The translations under genes and the position numbers were made by a program. Below the pieces are notes generated by a model that saw only the letters and a program-made list of their open reading frames with translations, was not told the origin of the DNA and searched no databases. From NCBI GenBank assembly GCA_025558095.1, contig JAIVFI010000016.1, forward strand, positions 677,508 through 741,507: DNA of 64,000 bases, in the 5' to 3' direction. Shown here one piece after another: positions 1 through 12,126 of this stretch; position 1 is the first letter of the stretch; every line of letters starts with the position of its first letter. This DNA is from Hyaloraphidium curvatum SAG 235-1 (Eukaryota; Fungi; Monoblepharomycota).

Positions 1-510
1 GGGGGAGAACGACGTGCGGGCGTGGAACGGGTGGCCGACGGTCTCGTCGAGGGAGGAGATGCGGGCCCATGCGGCGTCGGAGAGGCCAAAGAGGTGGTTC
101 ATCCAGCTCATGCATGCGTCGCGGGGGTCTCGGACGACGACGAGGTACTTGACGTCGTCGTAGAGCGGCACGCCTTCGGCGGGGGTGTGCGTCTTGACGA
201 ACCTCCGGTGCGCCTGCGATTCGACGGCCGCGATCGAGGCGCCCTCGGGCATCGTGTGCATGTCGAGCCACGGCGAGATCGCCATCACGTCGCGCGGGGA
301 CGGGTCCTGGAAGACCAGGAGGTCGACGATGCGCTGCGTCCAGGTGGTGCCGCTCTTGGGGTAGGTCGAGATGACGATATCGCCCTTGCGGGGCACGGAG
401 GCTTCCCAGCGCTTCGAGTCGGTGAGCCAGTCGAGGTAGTGCTTTGTGGCGGGGATGACGGGGAGGGGCGCGTTGCCGGCGGTCTGGGGGGCGGATTCCT
501 GCGAGGGCAT
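1..510 (-). CDS. PAPS-dependent sulfotransferase (Sulfotransfer_1), 3'-partial, runs off the window
   Basis: Manual translation from ATG at 510 (not in ORF track): ...DIVISTYPKSGTTWTQRIV (5'-PSB loop)...SPWLD...RFVKTH...YLVVVRDPRDACMS (3'-PB motif); no intron seen. Confidence 0.9.
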   Translation of the reverse strand, partial: MPSQESAPQTAGNAPLPVIPATKHYLDWLTDSKRWEASVPRKGDIVISTYPKSGTTWTQRIVDLLVFQDPSPRDVMAISPWLDMHTMPEGASIAAVESQAHRRFVKTHTPAEGVPLYDDVKYLVVVRDPRDACMSWMNHLFGLSDAAWARISSLDETVGHPFHARTSFSP

Positions 511-881
511 CTCGGGATGCCGGGCCTGTCAGCTGATAGATGATGCGGAGAGCAGATCTCGGTGTCGAAGAATGAAGGCGAGCACTGGAGGGCGAACTCG
601 CCTCATATACGCGCCAGGCATCGAGCTGTGCATGCGGGTCTGCATTCATCGCCGTGCGCCGGGCTGTTCCCGCAGAGCAGGCAATCTGCAAACGGGCGCA
701 TCCAGGCAGATGCTGAGCATGTGACGTAGCCGGGCCCCTGTTGTGTTCTCGCGAGTTTCGTCAGCTTAGGCCGCGAGAACTCTGAACCGCGGCAGCACGC
801 GACGCGACCGGCTCCACAAGCGGATCTCCCTGTCCCGCCCACTCCCGTCCCCTCACCGCGTCATCCCTCCGCGAAACCAAA

Positions 882-1443
882 ATGGGCGGCGACAACGTCA
901 AGGCGCTCGTGACCAAGGCCGACTTCGACGCCTTCATCCAGGCGAACCCCAAGGTGCGCTGCCCCGCCGCCCGCGCGGCCAACAGGCGGCCGCCGCCCCC
1001 GCCCCGCCGCCCGCCGCCCCCCGCCGGCCGGATCTCTGAGACGCGCGTGCCGCGGGCGCCGGCGGCCGCGGCCCCTGCGGGATGGGCATCGGACCCCGCT
1101 CACCGCCCGCCCCCGCAGGTCCTCGTCGACTTCTGGGCAACGTGGTGCGGCCCGTGCCGCGCCATCTCGCCGTACGTCGAGGAGCTCGCCGGCCCCAAGG
1201 GCGGCTACACAGGCACGATCGTCTTTGCCAAGGTCGACGTGGACGAGAACGAGGAGGCCGCGGGCGAGGCCGGCATCTCGGCCATGCCCACCTTCCAGAC
1301 CTACCACGTGGGCGATGTCGGGCTCCTGGCCTTGCGGGTTGCGCTGACGCGGTCCGGTGCAGAAAGGGAAGAAGGTCGGCGAGGTCATCGGCGCCAGCAA
1401 GGAAAAGGTCAAGGCGCTCGCCGACGCACTGGTCAAGCTCTAG
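882..1443 (+). CDS. trx: Thioredoxin, 3 exons
   Basis: VDFWATWCGPC active site and SAMPTF. Introns 954-1118 and 1308-1362 give C-terminus KGKKVGEVIGASKEKVKALADALVKL*. Confidence 0.95.
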
Positions 1444-1505
1444 GCGCCCGTGCCGTGTGCCGGAAGAGGCCAATTTATTCGTAGTTGCGCGTCGGTGCCG
1501 GCCCG

Positions 1506-2591
1506 TCACGAGATCACCTCCCACGACGACCCGTCGACGTCGTCTTCGCCCGCCCCGGGCCCTCCGGCCTTTCCGCCCGCCGGTGCCGCCCCGCCCTTGC
1601 CCATCTCCCTGTCCTTTTTCTCCCGGTCCTTGATCAGCCCCATCACCTGCACCATGTTGAGCCCACCGGGCCCAAACACCTTTTCCGGGTCCTTCCCCGC
1701 GGGCGCGTGCCTCACCACCGCCCCCCTCTCGCCCAGCTCCGCCAGGTGCACCCTCACGGCCCCGCGCACCGCGTCCCCCTCGATCCCGAGCTTCTTCGCC
1801 ACGGCATCCACGACCGTCCGCGTGGGAACGAGCTTCCCGGCGCCCTGCGCCTTGATCGCCGCGACCACCGCCCTCCCCAGCGCCTCGTGCGCCTCGAGCG
1901 CGCGTTCGAGGACCGTCGCGGGGCCCTCGTGCGGCAGCACGGGGGTGCCGTGCAGGGGGAGGAGGAAGTAAGGGAAGAGCTGCAGGAGGGAAGCGAGGGT
2001 CGCGGCGTGGCCGCGGGCGGTGGAGAGGGAAAGAGCGGACAGGGAGAGGGCGGGGAGGTCGGCGAAATCGGGGGGCAGGGGCCGGGAGAATGCGGCATCG
2101 CCGGAGAAGAGGGCGCCCTCGGATTCGAGGAAGAAGGCGAAGCCGTCGTCGTGCGCGCCCGGGGCGGCGAGGCACCGCACCCGCTCCCCTCCCACCTCCA
2201 CCTTCGTCCCATCCTCGAGCTTCTCCTCGCCCCTGCCCGCGGGCCGTCCCCTGCGCACCGTCGCACGGGGGAACTCCCGGAGCAGCGCCGCCAGGCCCCC
2301 CGCCGAGTCCGGGCCGCCCGTCAGCAGCACCCCCTGCAGCTCGCCCTCCCCCACGGCCTCCCTGACGGCGGCGGACAGCGGCGGCGGGCCGACGACGTAC
2401 GGCCCCGTGTCGATGAGCAGGTGCGGCCGCGGGCCGGGGGCGGGCGGGTGCACGAGGTACGCGTTGGAGGAGGGGAGGGCGAGGCGGGTGATGCGGGGGG
2501 TGAGGGGGCGGAGGAGCGTGGAGAGGCGGCGCAAATGAGGAGAGAGGGGTGGCGCCAAGCCGAGAAGCGGCGGAGTTTGGAGGAGGAGCAT
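1506..2591 (-). CDS. Metallo-beta-lactamase-fold (LACTB2/glyoxalase II-like) protein with degenerate metal-binding motif
   Basis: SNAYLV, LLIDTG, LLTGGPDSAGG, APGAHDD, LFSGD, LLPLHG; possible winged-helix-like C-terminus. Confidence 0.8.
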   Translation of the reverse strand: MLLLQTPPLLGLAPPLSPHLRRLSTLLRPLTPRITRLALPSSNAYLVHPPAPGPRPHLLIDTGPYVVGPPPLSAAVREAVGEGELQGVLLTGGPDSAGGLAALLREFPRATVRRGRPAGRGEEKLEDGTKVEVGGERVRCLAAPGAHDDGFAFFLESEGALFSGDAAFSRPLPPDFADLPALSLSALSLSTARGHAATLASLLQLFPYFLLPLHGTPVLPHEGPATVLERALEAHEALGRAVVAAIKAQGAGKLVPTRTVVDAVAKKLGIEGDAVRGAVRVHLAELGERGAVVRHAPAGKDPEKVFGPGGLNMVQVMGLIKDREKKDREMGKGGAAPAGGKAGGPGAGEDDVDGSSWEVIS

Positions 2592-3147
2592 CGGGAATGG
2601 GGGTTCGAGGGGAGGGAAGGCGGGGCGAGATCCGAGTGCGCCCCGGGGCGTTCGCTCTGCTCCGAAAGAGCAATCGCCCTTCCGCCGCCCGGAGTCTATC
2701 TTGAAGCACAATTGCCGGTTCAATTGGAGGTTGACGGTCCCATATCTCGCGCAGAAAGGGCGGGCTCGCCGTTTCAGGATCGCGCTTGCGATGGTCTCAG
2801 AGGCACACCCGTCCGTTTAGTTGTCCCTGGGCGCCCCTGGCGCCGCGGATGGCGAGCGCCCCGCGTTTCGAGCGCATTCACGTTGCCGGATAACTGCGCG
2901 GTCACGCCGCGCCGTCGGAGGCGGGACTCGACGGAGGGGGACGGCGGCCGCGGGTCCCCGCGTCCCTCCGGAGCCGCGCGGCAGTCTACGCATTCACGCC
3001 GGCGGCGCGCCGACTGCCCGCTCTGCTCCACTGGGACATTTGAATCTTTGGCCGGGCGGCTGCCTCGCTGCTCCGGGGCCGCTTTAGGAGGACATAAGCG
3101 CGTCGGCGCGGCCGCTGGCCTTGATTCCCTCGACCCAAACATCGAAC

Positions 3148-5112
3148 ATGCTGCCGACGGCCCCCATGCTGCCGACGGCGCCCGCAGGCGACGTGCCGCG
3201 CACCTCGTCGGCGCCGCCGACCGCCATGCCGCCGATCGCCGCCGCCGCCGCGACGCCCTCGCCGCTCTTCTCGGCGTGGCGCGACGGCCCGGCCTGGCGC
3301 GAGGGCTCGGCGCCCATGGCCGTCGACGGCTCCGCCGTCTCGTCGCCCGGCCTCTTCTACTTCGACGACCCGCGCGACGAGTCGGGCTCCGACTCGGAGA
3401 TGGAGGACGACGCGTCGGCATCGGACTCGTCGCGGCGCATGAGCGGCGTCGTGCGCGGGGACAGGCGCCCCTCGCGGCCCGCGGCATTCTTCTCCGTGCC
3501 GGGCGGCGCGCAGGGCGTGCAGCCGATCGCCGCCGGCGCGCCCGGCAACTCGGACGACAGGCTGGTCGGCTCGCCGTACCGCGGCAACGGCATCGTGCTC
3601 GGCTCGCCGGGGAGGTTCCAGGCGCCCAACCCGAACCACTGGGCCCGCATGCACGTGGTGCCACTCACCGAGGGGTTCAACCCGCGGAGATCGTTCTCGT
3701 TCTCGGGCGAGATGGCCGAGGGCGCGCGGCGCGAGAGGTCCGCCTCGGTCGGCGAGCCGGGCAACTCGCAGTCCAACAACTCGGCCGGCAGCGGCGGCAC
3801 CCCCACCCCCCCGCTGCAGCCTCCCGCCGGCAGCGGCGGCCCGCACACACCCTCGCACACGCGCAGCAAATCCATGTCGCACACCCAGCCCGGCTACCAG
3901 GCCCCCGACCTGCCCGTGCACCCCGCGCTCTCGGCCTCGGCAATCACCCCGCACCCGCGCAAGAACCGCATCTCGGCGCTGCTCCACGAGGACACGCAGG
4001 AGCACGAGATCGAGCACGAGAGGGGGGTCACCTGGCTGCTCAAGCGGCAGCTCGGGATGCTCGGCATGGGCGGGCCCGCCGAGGCGCCGCAGCTCTCGCC
4101 GCACCCGGCCGTCAAGACCCCCGCGCGGCGGGCATCTTCCGTGCGCGAGCCGCGGATGGAGTTCATCCCCCTCGCCCCGCCGACCTCGGACTCGGTCGAT
4201 GACGGCGCATCCGAGACGGCCCCCTCGACCGCCGGCCGCTCGGACCCCTCGCTCCCCTTCCCCCTCCCCCCGGCCCACGCCGAGCCCGAAGACCTCGACG
4301 ACGCCGACACGGCGTCGATGCGGTCCGCGTCGGCGTCGCAGGAACCGCTCACCCCGCGGTCGGACCGCGAGCTCGAACCGCTGGCGGCGGTGCGGGGAAC
4401 GAGGAGGAGGGAGAGCTTCCTGGTGGACGAGGAGGAGCTGCTCGAGGCGCACGCCTTTTCGCCCACGCACCAGGCGTTTTCGCTGCGCATGTCGCCGATC
4501 CCCAACTCGCAGCTCAAGATGCCGCTCAACTACGTGTCCAAGACGTCCAAGCTCAATCCCGAGAACAATGTGGGCGCCCCCCCGCCGCCCCGGACCTTTC
4601 GATCCCGCTGACGTCCGCCCCAGTTCCTGCAGCGCCAGACCTCGGTCTTTGCCATGCCCCTCTCCGAGCCCTCCTCCTCGGCCCTCTTCACCGGCCCCGA
4701 ACCCGTCTCCCCCGCCCTCCCCAACCCGTACTTTGCCCGCGTCATGGAATCCTCCACCGGCCCCGGCAAGCGCAAGCGCGCCGCCTCCCAATCCACCGAG
4801 AACGGCGAGCCCGAGCCCGGCGGGCGGCGGTACGAGCCCTACGCCAAGCGGCACCACCGCAGCCTCTCGGGGTCGTGGGACCGCATGGGGTCCCCCGGCG
4901 GCAGCCCCTCCCAGGCGAACGCGCAGCCGCTGCGGGAGATGCCGCCCCCGGAGCCCGGGCCGCCCTCGGCGGGGGTCAGCAGCCCACGGCTGATACCGCA
5001 GGTCACGACCTCGGGGGGCTTCACGGGGGCGATGCTCAACCTGACCGAGGCGCAGGAGCTGGCGAGCAGGTGGAGCATCGGGGGGAAGGAGAAAGGGATG
5101 ATGGAGGAATGA
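3148..5112 (+). CDS. Hypothetical Ser/Pro-rich disordered protein, 2 exons
   Basis: Long ORF with strong GC3 bias; intron 4570-4623 (GTGGGC...CTGAC...CAG) joins ...LNPENN to FLQRQTSVFAMP...; KRKR NLS-like motif. Confidence 0.7.
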
Positions 5113-5717
5113 TGCGTGCAGCGGTAACGGCGGTTGGGGGGCGGTTGTCGCCTTGCGGTCGGGCTTTCGTTGCTGCGGGGCGGGTCGGGTTGCCGTGGGT
5201 GATGTGCTGGGTGCTTGGTTTCGCGGCGTGTCGTTTTCATCATGATCCTGAGCGATCCGCACGGCTTCGGTGGAGGCGTTCCGTCCGGGAATTGTTTGGT
5301 CGGGATTCGGGTCAAACCCCGCCGGATGGGGCACGGGGAACTTGTGGTCAACCTGCAATCCGACGCACCATGATCGGGTGGCGTCAGAGCACTTGTCCGT
5401 GCGGACGGCAGCCGTCCGACAAGGTGCCAGCATTGCTTCGACGCTCCGATCGGTACATTCGTCACCGAGTGAGCCTCTTCGTCCCCGGACGCAGGTCAAA
5501 CGTGCCGCCAAGCCGGATGTCGGCAGCCCGCACGTTGATGCCCCTGGAATGACGCCCTTGCAGTCCCGACAGATATTCCGAAGATAGGTGATGGGTGCGG
5601 AGGGATTGTCGCGATGCTGTGTCCCCGATCGGTTGGCTGGGGTGCGGCAACCGGCCGGAGCCGGCCGCGCTAAAGCCGCCCAGGGTCTCTAACCTTCCAC
5701 GCCAGGGGACCACCGCC

Positions 5718-7251
5718 ATGGCCCGTGCCATGGCCGCCGTCGCCGCGTCCGTGCTGCTCCTCGCCGCCTCGGCCTCGGCGCTCAACACGCTCGACACGGT
5801 CGCAGCCATCGCCACCGGTAGGCCCATCCCCCGGCCGCGGATGGACCCGCTCATCGGCGCTTCACAGGGTCGCAGAGCAAGCCGTACTCGCTGGCCACGC
5901 TCAATGCCGCGCTGCAGATCCTGCCGGCCATCCGTTCAGTGCGTGTGCGTCCTTCATCGCCCCGCGACGGGGCCAACGTGCTTTTCCCCTCGATCCATCA
6001 GCTCCTGGCCGGCAACGTCACCTTCTTCGCGCCGACTGACGAAGCCTTCGCGGCCCTCGCGCAGTTCTACGCGGACCGGCCGCCCGCCGTGCCCGAAATC
6101 GACCTCGCCTCCCCCGACGTCGGGCGGGCCATCCTGCGCTTCCACATCTACGATCCGTTCGACAACTACACAGCCATCGTCCCGTCCAAGCTGGAAGCCG
6201 GCGAATCCCAAGGGCTCACGTCTCTGAACCCGCAGGTCGCGGGGCTCTGGTGGCGGAACAACAGCGGCATCGCCGACCTCACGTACAGTGGGTTCGGCAG
6301 AGCGCCGCGGCACAAGCGCCTCTTTAATCACGGGATCAGCTTCGCCAAATGTCTATTTCCCCCAGGTCTACCCTCTGGAGACCATTCGCACCGATTCGGG
6401 TCTCCTCATCCCCGTTGGAAGCGTCATGGTGCCGCCTTACTGCGCGGACACGTCGTTCCAGTACGACACTTCGATAACAGAGTCGTTCCGCATGGCGCTC
6501 GAGAGGACCGGGCTCATGGCCCAGGTAGAAGCCCTGGACGAGGTGACCATGTTCGTGACACCAAAGCGTGAACCCGTTGTGTGGTGCACTTATCGAACGC
6601 CCCCTCAGTTTCGTACCCAGTAACCAAGTGTTCTCGGATCTCGCCCAGGCGGGCAACGACTTTGAAGCCCTCCCGTTGGACCAGCAGACTGCCATTCTCC
6701 GCGACCACATCGTCCCCGGCGAGCGGAGGTACCTCTCGTCCGCCGCCAACGGCACCCTCACCGCGCTCTCGGGGGCCCAGATCCCCGTTGTGGTCTCCAC
6801 GAACGGTACCGTCACGGTCGGTGGCGCACTCGTGCAGCCCAGCGACCGGATGCCCGACTACCTGATATGCAACGGCGTGGTCAGTGATTCCAGAAGGCTT
6901 TTGTCGATCACCTGTACTCACCCAGTCTGGCAGTACCATGTGGTCGATGGCGTCGTCCGCGCCGGCGAAGGACCCTCGGGAACGACCGCGAGCGGAACGG
7001 TGCCGGCCACAAGCGCCACTTCTGCGATCAGCACGAGGCCCACCACCGCCGCAACGACGGCAGCAACGTCCGCGGCTTCCACCGTAACCAGCGCCTCCAC
7101 CTCGGCCACGACTAGCGCCTCAGCCTCGGTCGCCACGAGCACCTCTGCCCAGGTGACCACGAGCCGGCCCGCCTCGGCGATCGGCAGGACGGTCGGGCTG
7201 GAGGCCGCACTCGCGGTGGCGGCTGCCGGCGTCGCGGCCCTGCTGCTCTGA
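5718..7251 (+). CDS. Secreted, probably GPI-anchored fasciclin (2x FAS1) protein, multi-exon
   Basis: Signal peptide; FAS1 motifs TFFAPTDEAF, ILRFHI, ILRDHIV, NGV/YHVVDGVV; S/T stalk; hydrophobic C-terminus. Confidence 0.85.
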
Positions 7252-7985
7252 TTCCTAGGACTGTGCTAGCAGAGACCTATTCTTACTAGATCAGAGACCT
7301 ATCCTGTACAACCATTTATTCGAAGTGTTGCTTCGTTGGGCTTTCATCCTGGTTCTGGGGACCAAATGCCCATGGTGCGATCTCATTGTGTGGGGCGATG
7401 TGCAGGAACTTGACCGTTCGCGGCTGCTGAAGTGCTCTGTGACAGACCCAGACCCGGGAGTAGTCTGGGTTGTCCGCCGTGAGGCGAAAGGAAAAGAGGC
7501 CAACGAAGTGTAGTGGTGCCTTCATGAGGCGCAGCCGTGCCTGAGCATATACATCGGCGCCTACGGATCAGCTACCCAAGATCGTCCCCCGAAGCTCACC
7601 CCCAAGTCCCGATCCACGAGTCCATGCCCGCGTCCGGATCCTCAGGGAGATTCAATCCCCGTGATGACGTGTACGGGCAGATCGGGTCTGGGTCTGCCAC
7701 AGCTCGAAGAAGGAAAGTTGAAAATTGATTCTGTGAATAGAGCTCGCCTCCACTTCACGCGGATGGCGGGTTTGGGCGCGTCCTCGTTGAGTAGACGCGA
7801 GGAAGTCGACGCGATGCCTCTGGACTCGTTCTGATCCCAGAGAAATCTCAAGGACCACCAAGACATGGTACTTCCCGACGACCACAAAGACCTTCGATCG
7901 ATCTATTCTAGCCGATTATGCCTCGCACCTTTAGATAGTCTCACGCAAAAAGCGTTCCAATTTAGACTAACCTGAGGTATGATCT

Positions 7986-8823
7986 CTAGAGCGCCACGAC
8001 GGCGGCCACAAAAGCACCAGCGAGCGCCGCGGCGGGCACGGCGAGCTTGCCGGCCGAGGCGGGGCGGGAGGCCGGGGTAGCAGTGGCGATCGTCGCCGGA
8101 GCGGAGGCGCTCGTCGTTGGAGCAGAGGCGCTGGTCGTCGGGGCGGCGGCAGTCGTCGCGGCACTGGTTGCGGCGGCCGTTGTGGTGCGGAAAGCAGTGG
8201 TCGAGGTTGTGTCGTCGTCCACGACGGTGGGGGAAGCTTCGGCGGTCGCCGTGGTTTCGGATGGGGCCCTGCGCCATCACGGATCAGCGATCCAACGAGC
8301 GGCGTACCCCGTAATGGACTCACATGGTAGGAGAGGCAGAAGAGGCAGTGGCGACGTCGCCGCAGGAAGCGGTTCCGGTCAGGGTGACCTTGGGGAGCAG
8401 GTCTGGGCTCTGGGACGCGATCGTGCAGGCCTCTTGGAACGAGCCCCCGAGCTCGTCGACGTCGCTTGGGGAGAGATCGATCTCACCGGAAGCAGCGCAC
8501 TCTCTCAGGCAGGTGATGTAGCCGCCGGTGTTGGGGCACACGCAGTTGATCATGTTCTGCGCGGATCTGTCAGCGCCGACCGCACGAAGGAAGCTTCCCG
8601 CACTCACGCCGGCAGTATCGAACACGTTGTTATCTATGTACCGCTGCGAGCATGTAAAGATGCCGCCGCACGACGCGATGCCGACGCAGGTCGTTCCGCA
8701 CGGGTTCACGTTCTGACGCTTCGCGAGCACGGGGTGCTTGTCGAGCCCCACGGCGACGATGGGATTCCACGCCTCGGCGGTGGAGAGGAGGGCGGCGACG
8801 ACGGCAAGAATGGCGAGTTTCAT
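7986..8823 (-). CDS. Secreted Cys-rich (CFEM-like) GPI-anchored cell-surface protein, multi-exon
   Basis: MKLAILAVVAALLSTAEA signal peptide, KR site, Cys-rich domain, T/A/S stalk, hydrophobic tail AAALAGAFVAAVVAL*. Confidence 0.75.
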
Positions 8824-9389
8824 CGTGCGGTCTAGTCGGCCCGAGAAGGTCAGCGAAGTGCGCGGGGGAAAGTCCGCACCGGCGAATCCCGTCCGCTGGC
8901 CGTGGACGCAACTATCGCGAATCGGTCCCATCGCGGCCCAAGGACCCGGAGGCCAGCGGCGCGCACTCACTTGTGCCTTTACGGGTCGTCGAAGTGCCGC
9001 TCCGTTCGCTCAGGACGTGCCTTTTATTGGCCGGTTGCAAGAAGGCTGTGCCGGCGACCCGCTGTGCAAGCCGCAGCCTCACTCCCCCGCGGAACCAGCA
9101 AAAATGCAAAAAAGGGCAAGAGAAGCCTTACGGTGGCTACATCACAGCCAATCACAAGCAACACAAGCACGGAACTTCATTCTTCTCGCTTGGGTGTGGT
9201 CCAGCGGCTTGTCATTCAGCGCCGAACTCGCGGGACCATTGTACGCGGCCAAGGGGAGCGATTCGTCCATTGCCCTCAAGAGCTCGAGGAGGAGTGATCA
9301 TCTGGGGACGTACGATGAAAGAGGACGGACGCAGGGGATTGATGAGCTTCGATTTGATCTATTGGTCCGCCCATCGGTTGCCACAGCGC

Positions 9390-10223
9390 CTACTGAGCCG
9401 TCCACGCCCCGTCCATCGTCACCGAGCTCCCCGTCATGTTGTCCGCCGCCGGCGAGCACAGGAACACGACCATCGCCCCGACCTGCTCGGGGGTCGTGAA
9501 CGTCTGCGACGGGTGCTTCTCCGAGACCAGCTCGAGGGCCGCCTGCTCAACCGGAATGCCCTTGGCCGCCGCCCGCGCGTCGATCTGCTTCTGCACCAGC
9601 GGGGTGAGCACCCAGCCGGGGCACACGGCGTTGGAAGTGACGCCACTGCCGGCCGTTTCCAGCGCGATGACCTTGGTCAGGCCGATGAGTCCGTGCTTGG
9701 CCGCGACGTACGCCGATTTTTCGGCGGACGCGACCAGGCCGTGGGTAGACGCGATGTTGATGATGCGGCCCCACTTTCGGGCCTTCATTCCCGGCAGAGC
9801 GGCCCGGGAAGTGTGGAACGCCGACGACAGGTTTATCGCGAGCACGGCGTTCCATTTGTCCACGGGAAACGACTCGACAGGAGCCACGTGCTGGATTCCC
9901 GCACAGTTGACGAGGATGTCGCACTTTCCCAGCCGCGCCTCGGTGTCCTTGACCAGGTCCGCGCAGGACTCGCCGTCCGACATGTCAGCGGGATTGTACT
10001 CGACGCGCACTCCGCGCGACTCCAGCTCGGCACGGAACGCCTCGATCTCGTTGCGGTCGCCGAAGCCGTTGAGCATAACGTGGGCGCCTTCTGCCGCGAG
10101 CGCCCGTGCTATTCCGTGGCCGATGCCTCCTGTGCTCCCACTGACGCACGCGACGCGCCCTTTGAGGCTCATCGCGGCGGCCGTGCTGCTGAAGCGGCGC
10201 AGAAAGCGTGGGCCGGCTGGCAT
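9390..10223 (-). CDS. bdhA: D-3-hydroxybutyrate dehydrogenase (bacterial BdhA-type SDR) with putative mitochondrial presequence
   Basis: SGSTGGIG, LNGFG, AGIQHVAPVESFPVDKW, KSAYVAAKHG, CPGWVLTPLV, DGAWTAQ*; intronless; Arg-rich N-terminal extension. Confidence 0.9.
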   Translation of the reverse strand: MPAGPRFLRRFSSTAAAMSLKGRVACVSGSTGGIGHGIARALAAEGAHVMLNGFGDRNEIEAFRAELESRGVRVEYNPADMSDGESCADLVKDTEARLGKCDILVNCAGIQHVAPVESFPVDKWNAVLAINLSSAFHTSRAALPGMKARKWGRIINIASTHGLVASAEKSAYVAAKHGLIGLTKVIALETAGSGVTSNAVCPGWVLTPLVQKQIDARAAAKGIPVEQAALELVSEKHPSQTFTTPEQVGAMVVFLCSPAADNMTGSSVTMDGAWTAQ

Positions 10224-10767
10224 AAGCGGGCGCAGGGCCCGGACAAGCCAAGGGGGACAGCTGATGGGGGACGGCGAGGCGTAAGGCGTCGGTTTGTTTA
10301 CTCGGTCGCAAGGACACTTTGAACCTGACAGGAAACCCGCGACAGGCTAAAATGGACATCAACGTGGAGTCAAATGACAGTTCAAGCTAGGAAGAGAAGA
10401 GTAGCTCCCATCCAAGTGCTTCGAGATCTAGTCGAGGGGGCATGAGAGCCTACGATCCTGCGTAACGGCCGGACTGATCGGGTATGGCCGTGTTCGCTCG
10501 GGCATTGTCCGAGGTGGCAAGACTTAGCTGTCCCGAGGGTCATCTTGCGGATGGACGGGCAATCGGCCTTTTCGAATGAGGACTCAGCGACTGGGGCGGG
10601 GTCGTCGGGCGTTAGAAGGGACCGACTAGAGGCGCACCGCCCCGCCTATTGCCGACACCCGTCACCCGCTCCCCCCACCCGTCGCAATGGAGCTGCGGCG
10701 GAACGGACCGACTGCGCCCCGCCCCGCCTGTGGCCGACGCTCGTCAGCCCGCTCGCCCGCCGTCGCG

Positions 10768-12011
10768 ATGTCGCTGCGGCGGCTTCGGCCGGCCCTTTGT
10801 GCGCTGGCGCTGCTCGCACTGAGCGTATCCGCGGCGGCCGATGAACCCCCCGGGCGCCCGCGGGCGGTCCTTGGCCGGGCGGCGACCGGCGAGTTCCTGC
10901 CCCTCACGGCCGTGCCCGAGGGCGCGAGGACCGTCACGCTCGGCGTGCAGGTGATCAACATTTACGGCCTCGATATCGGGGCCTCGGACGTGGACATGAC
11001 CGCTTATGTCTGGGCCAATTGGGGCCGCAACATGTCGGACCCGACCCAGACGCTGGAGTGGGTCAACTCCATCTCCGGCGGCGCCTCGGTGCAGCGCCTA
11101 TCGGACGTGCCCGCCACCTACCCGGACGGCTCGTCCTGGCAGGAGCTGAAGGTTCAGGGCACCTTCTACCAGGCCTTCAACCTCCGCTCCTTTCCTCTGG
11201 ACAAGCAGAACCTCCAGATCGTCATTGAGGACCTTGCCCAGACGGCCGACTCCGTCGTGTATCTCCCCGACACCCGGGGCTCTGGCTATGATCGCTCCAT
11301 CTCCGTCCCCGGCTGGAGCGTGCGCTCGATGACGATTGAGCCGTACCTGCACGACTACGGGACCAGCTTCGGCAACCCTGAGGGCAACACCACGCAGCGG
11401 TACTCGGCCATCGTGGTTACCGTCGTCATCCAGCGGGCCAGCAACACCTTTGCGTGGAAGGTGGTGCCGCTGTGTTTTGTCCTCATCGTCGCCTGGAGCG
11501 CGCTGTTTGTCCACCCCAAGATGGTCGAGATGCGGCTCGGCCTGTGCGCCACCGCGCTCTTGACCTGCATCTTCTTGCAGCAGACCTCGATCGACGCGGC
11601 TTTGGTCTCGGGGCTTGTGCTCATGGACCAGCTCTACATCACCGCCTACGTTCTTATCATCTTCACCTTCCTTCAGGTTCGTTCCTTGAATTTGCTTCCT
11701 TTCTGCTCTCTCGGAAACTGACCCCATCCCTCCAGTGCCTCTGGGACACCGCCATATTCCACGCCATGGAGGACCGCGAGGACGATGCCCGCCGTCTTCT
11801 GCAAGGCGAGGAGGTCAAGCCCGACGACGCCTCGGACATCCCGCTGTGGTCCCTCACCCCCGCGCCGCGGCTGCCGACCTCGTCGCTGCTGGACCGGATG
11901 TCCTCGCGCATGGCGATCAGGAACCTGAGGAGGATGGACTACATCAGCGTGGGCTTGCAGGTGATTGCGGCGATCGTGACGTTTTCGGTGCTGTGCTCGA
12001 CGGCGCCGTGA
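10768..12011 (+). CDS. Cys-less (Pro-loop) pentameric ligand-gated ion channel subunit, 2 exons
   Basis: Signal peptide; FNLRSFPLDKQNL loop; PGW; pre-M1 Arg; M1 Pro; M2 RLGLCATALLT; M3; intron 11677-11735; M4 RMDYISVGLQVIAAIVTFSVLC. Confidence 0.88.
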
Positions 12012-12126
12012 GCCTGTCGGTTTGTCGGCGGACGGTGGCTGAGGCACGGTTGGAACGGGCTCTGTCGACTTCTTTATTGGAATTGCTGTATCGCTGCTAT
12101 CATTTAGACTTCTTTGCCAGGAATGA

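Noticed and set aside
934-5511. Very long overlapping ORFs (591, 905, 841 aa) and similar ones throughout the window
   Set aside because: Arg/Gly/Pro-rich shadow frames caused by high GC and codon bias of the real genes; no motifs.
7260-7980. Lower-GC spacer with short ORFs
   Set aside because: May be decayed coding sequence, but no recognisable motif.
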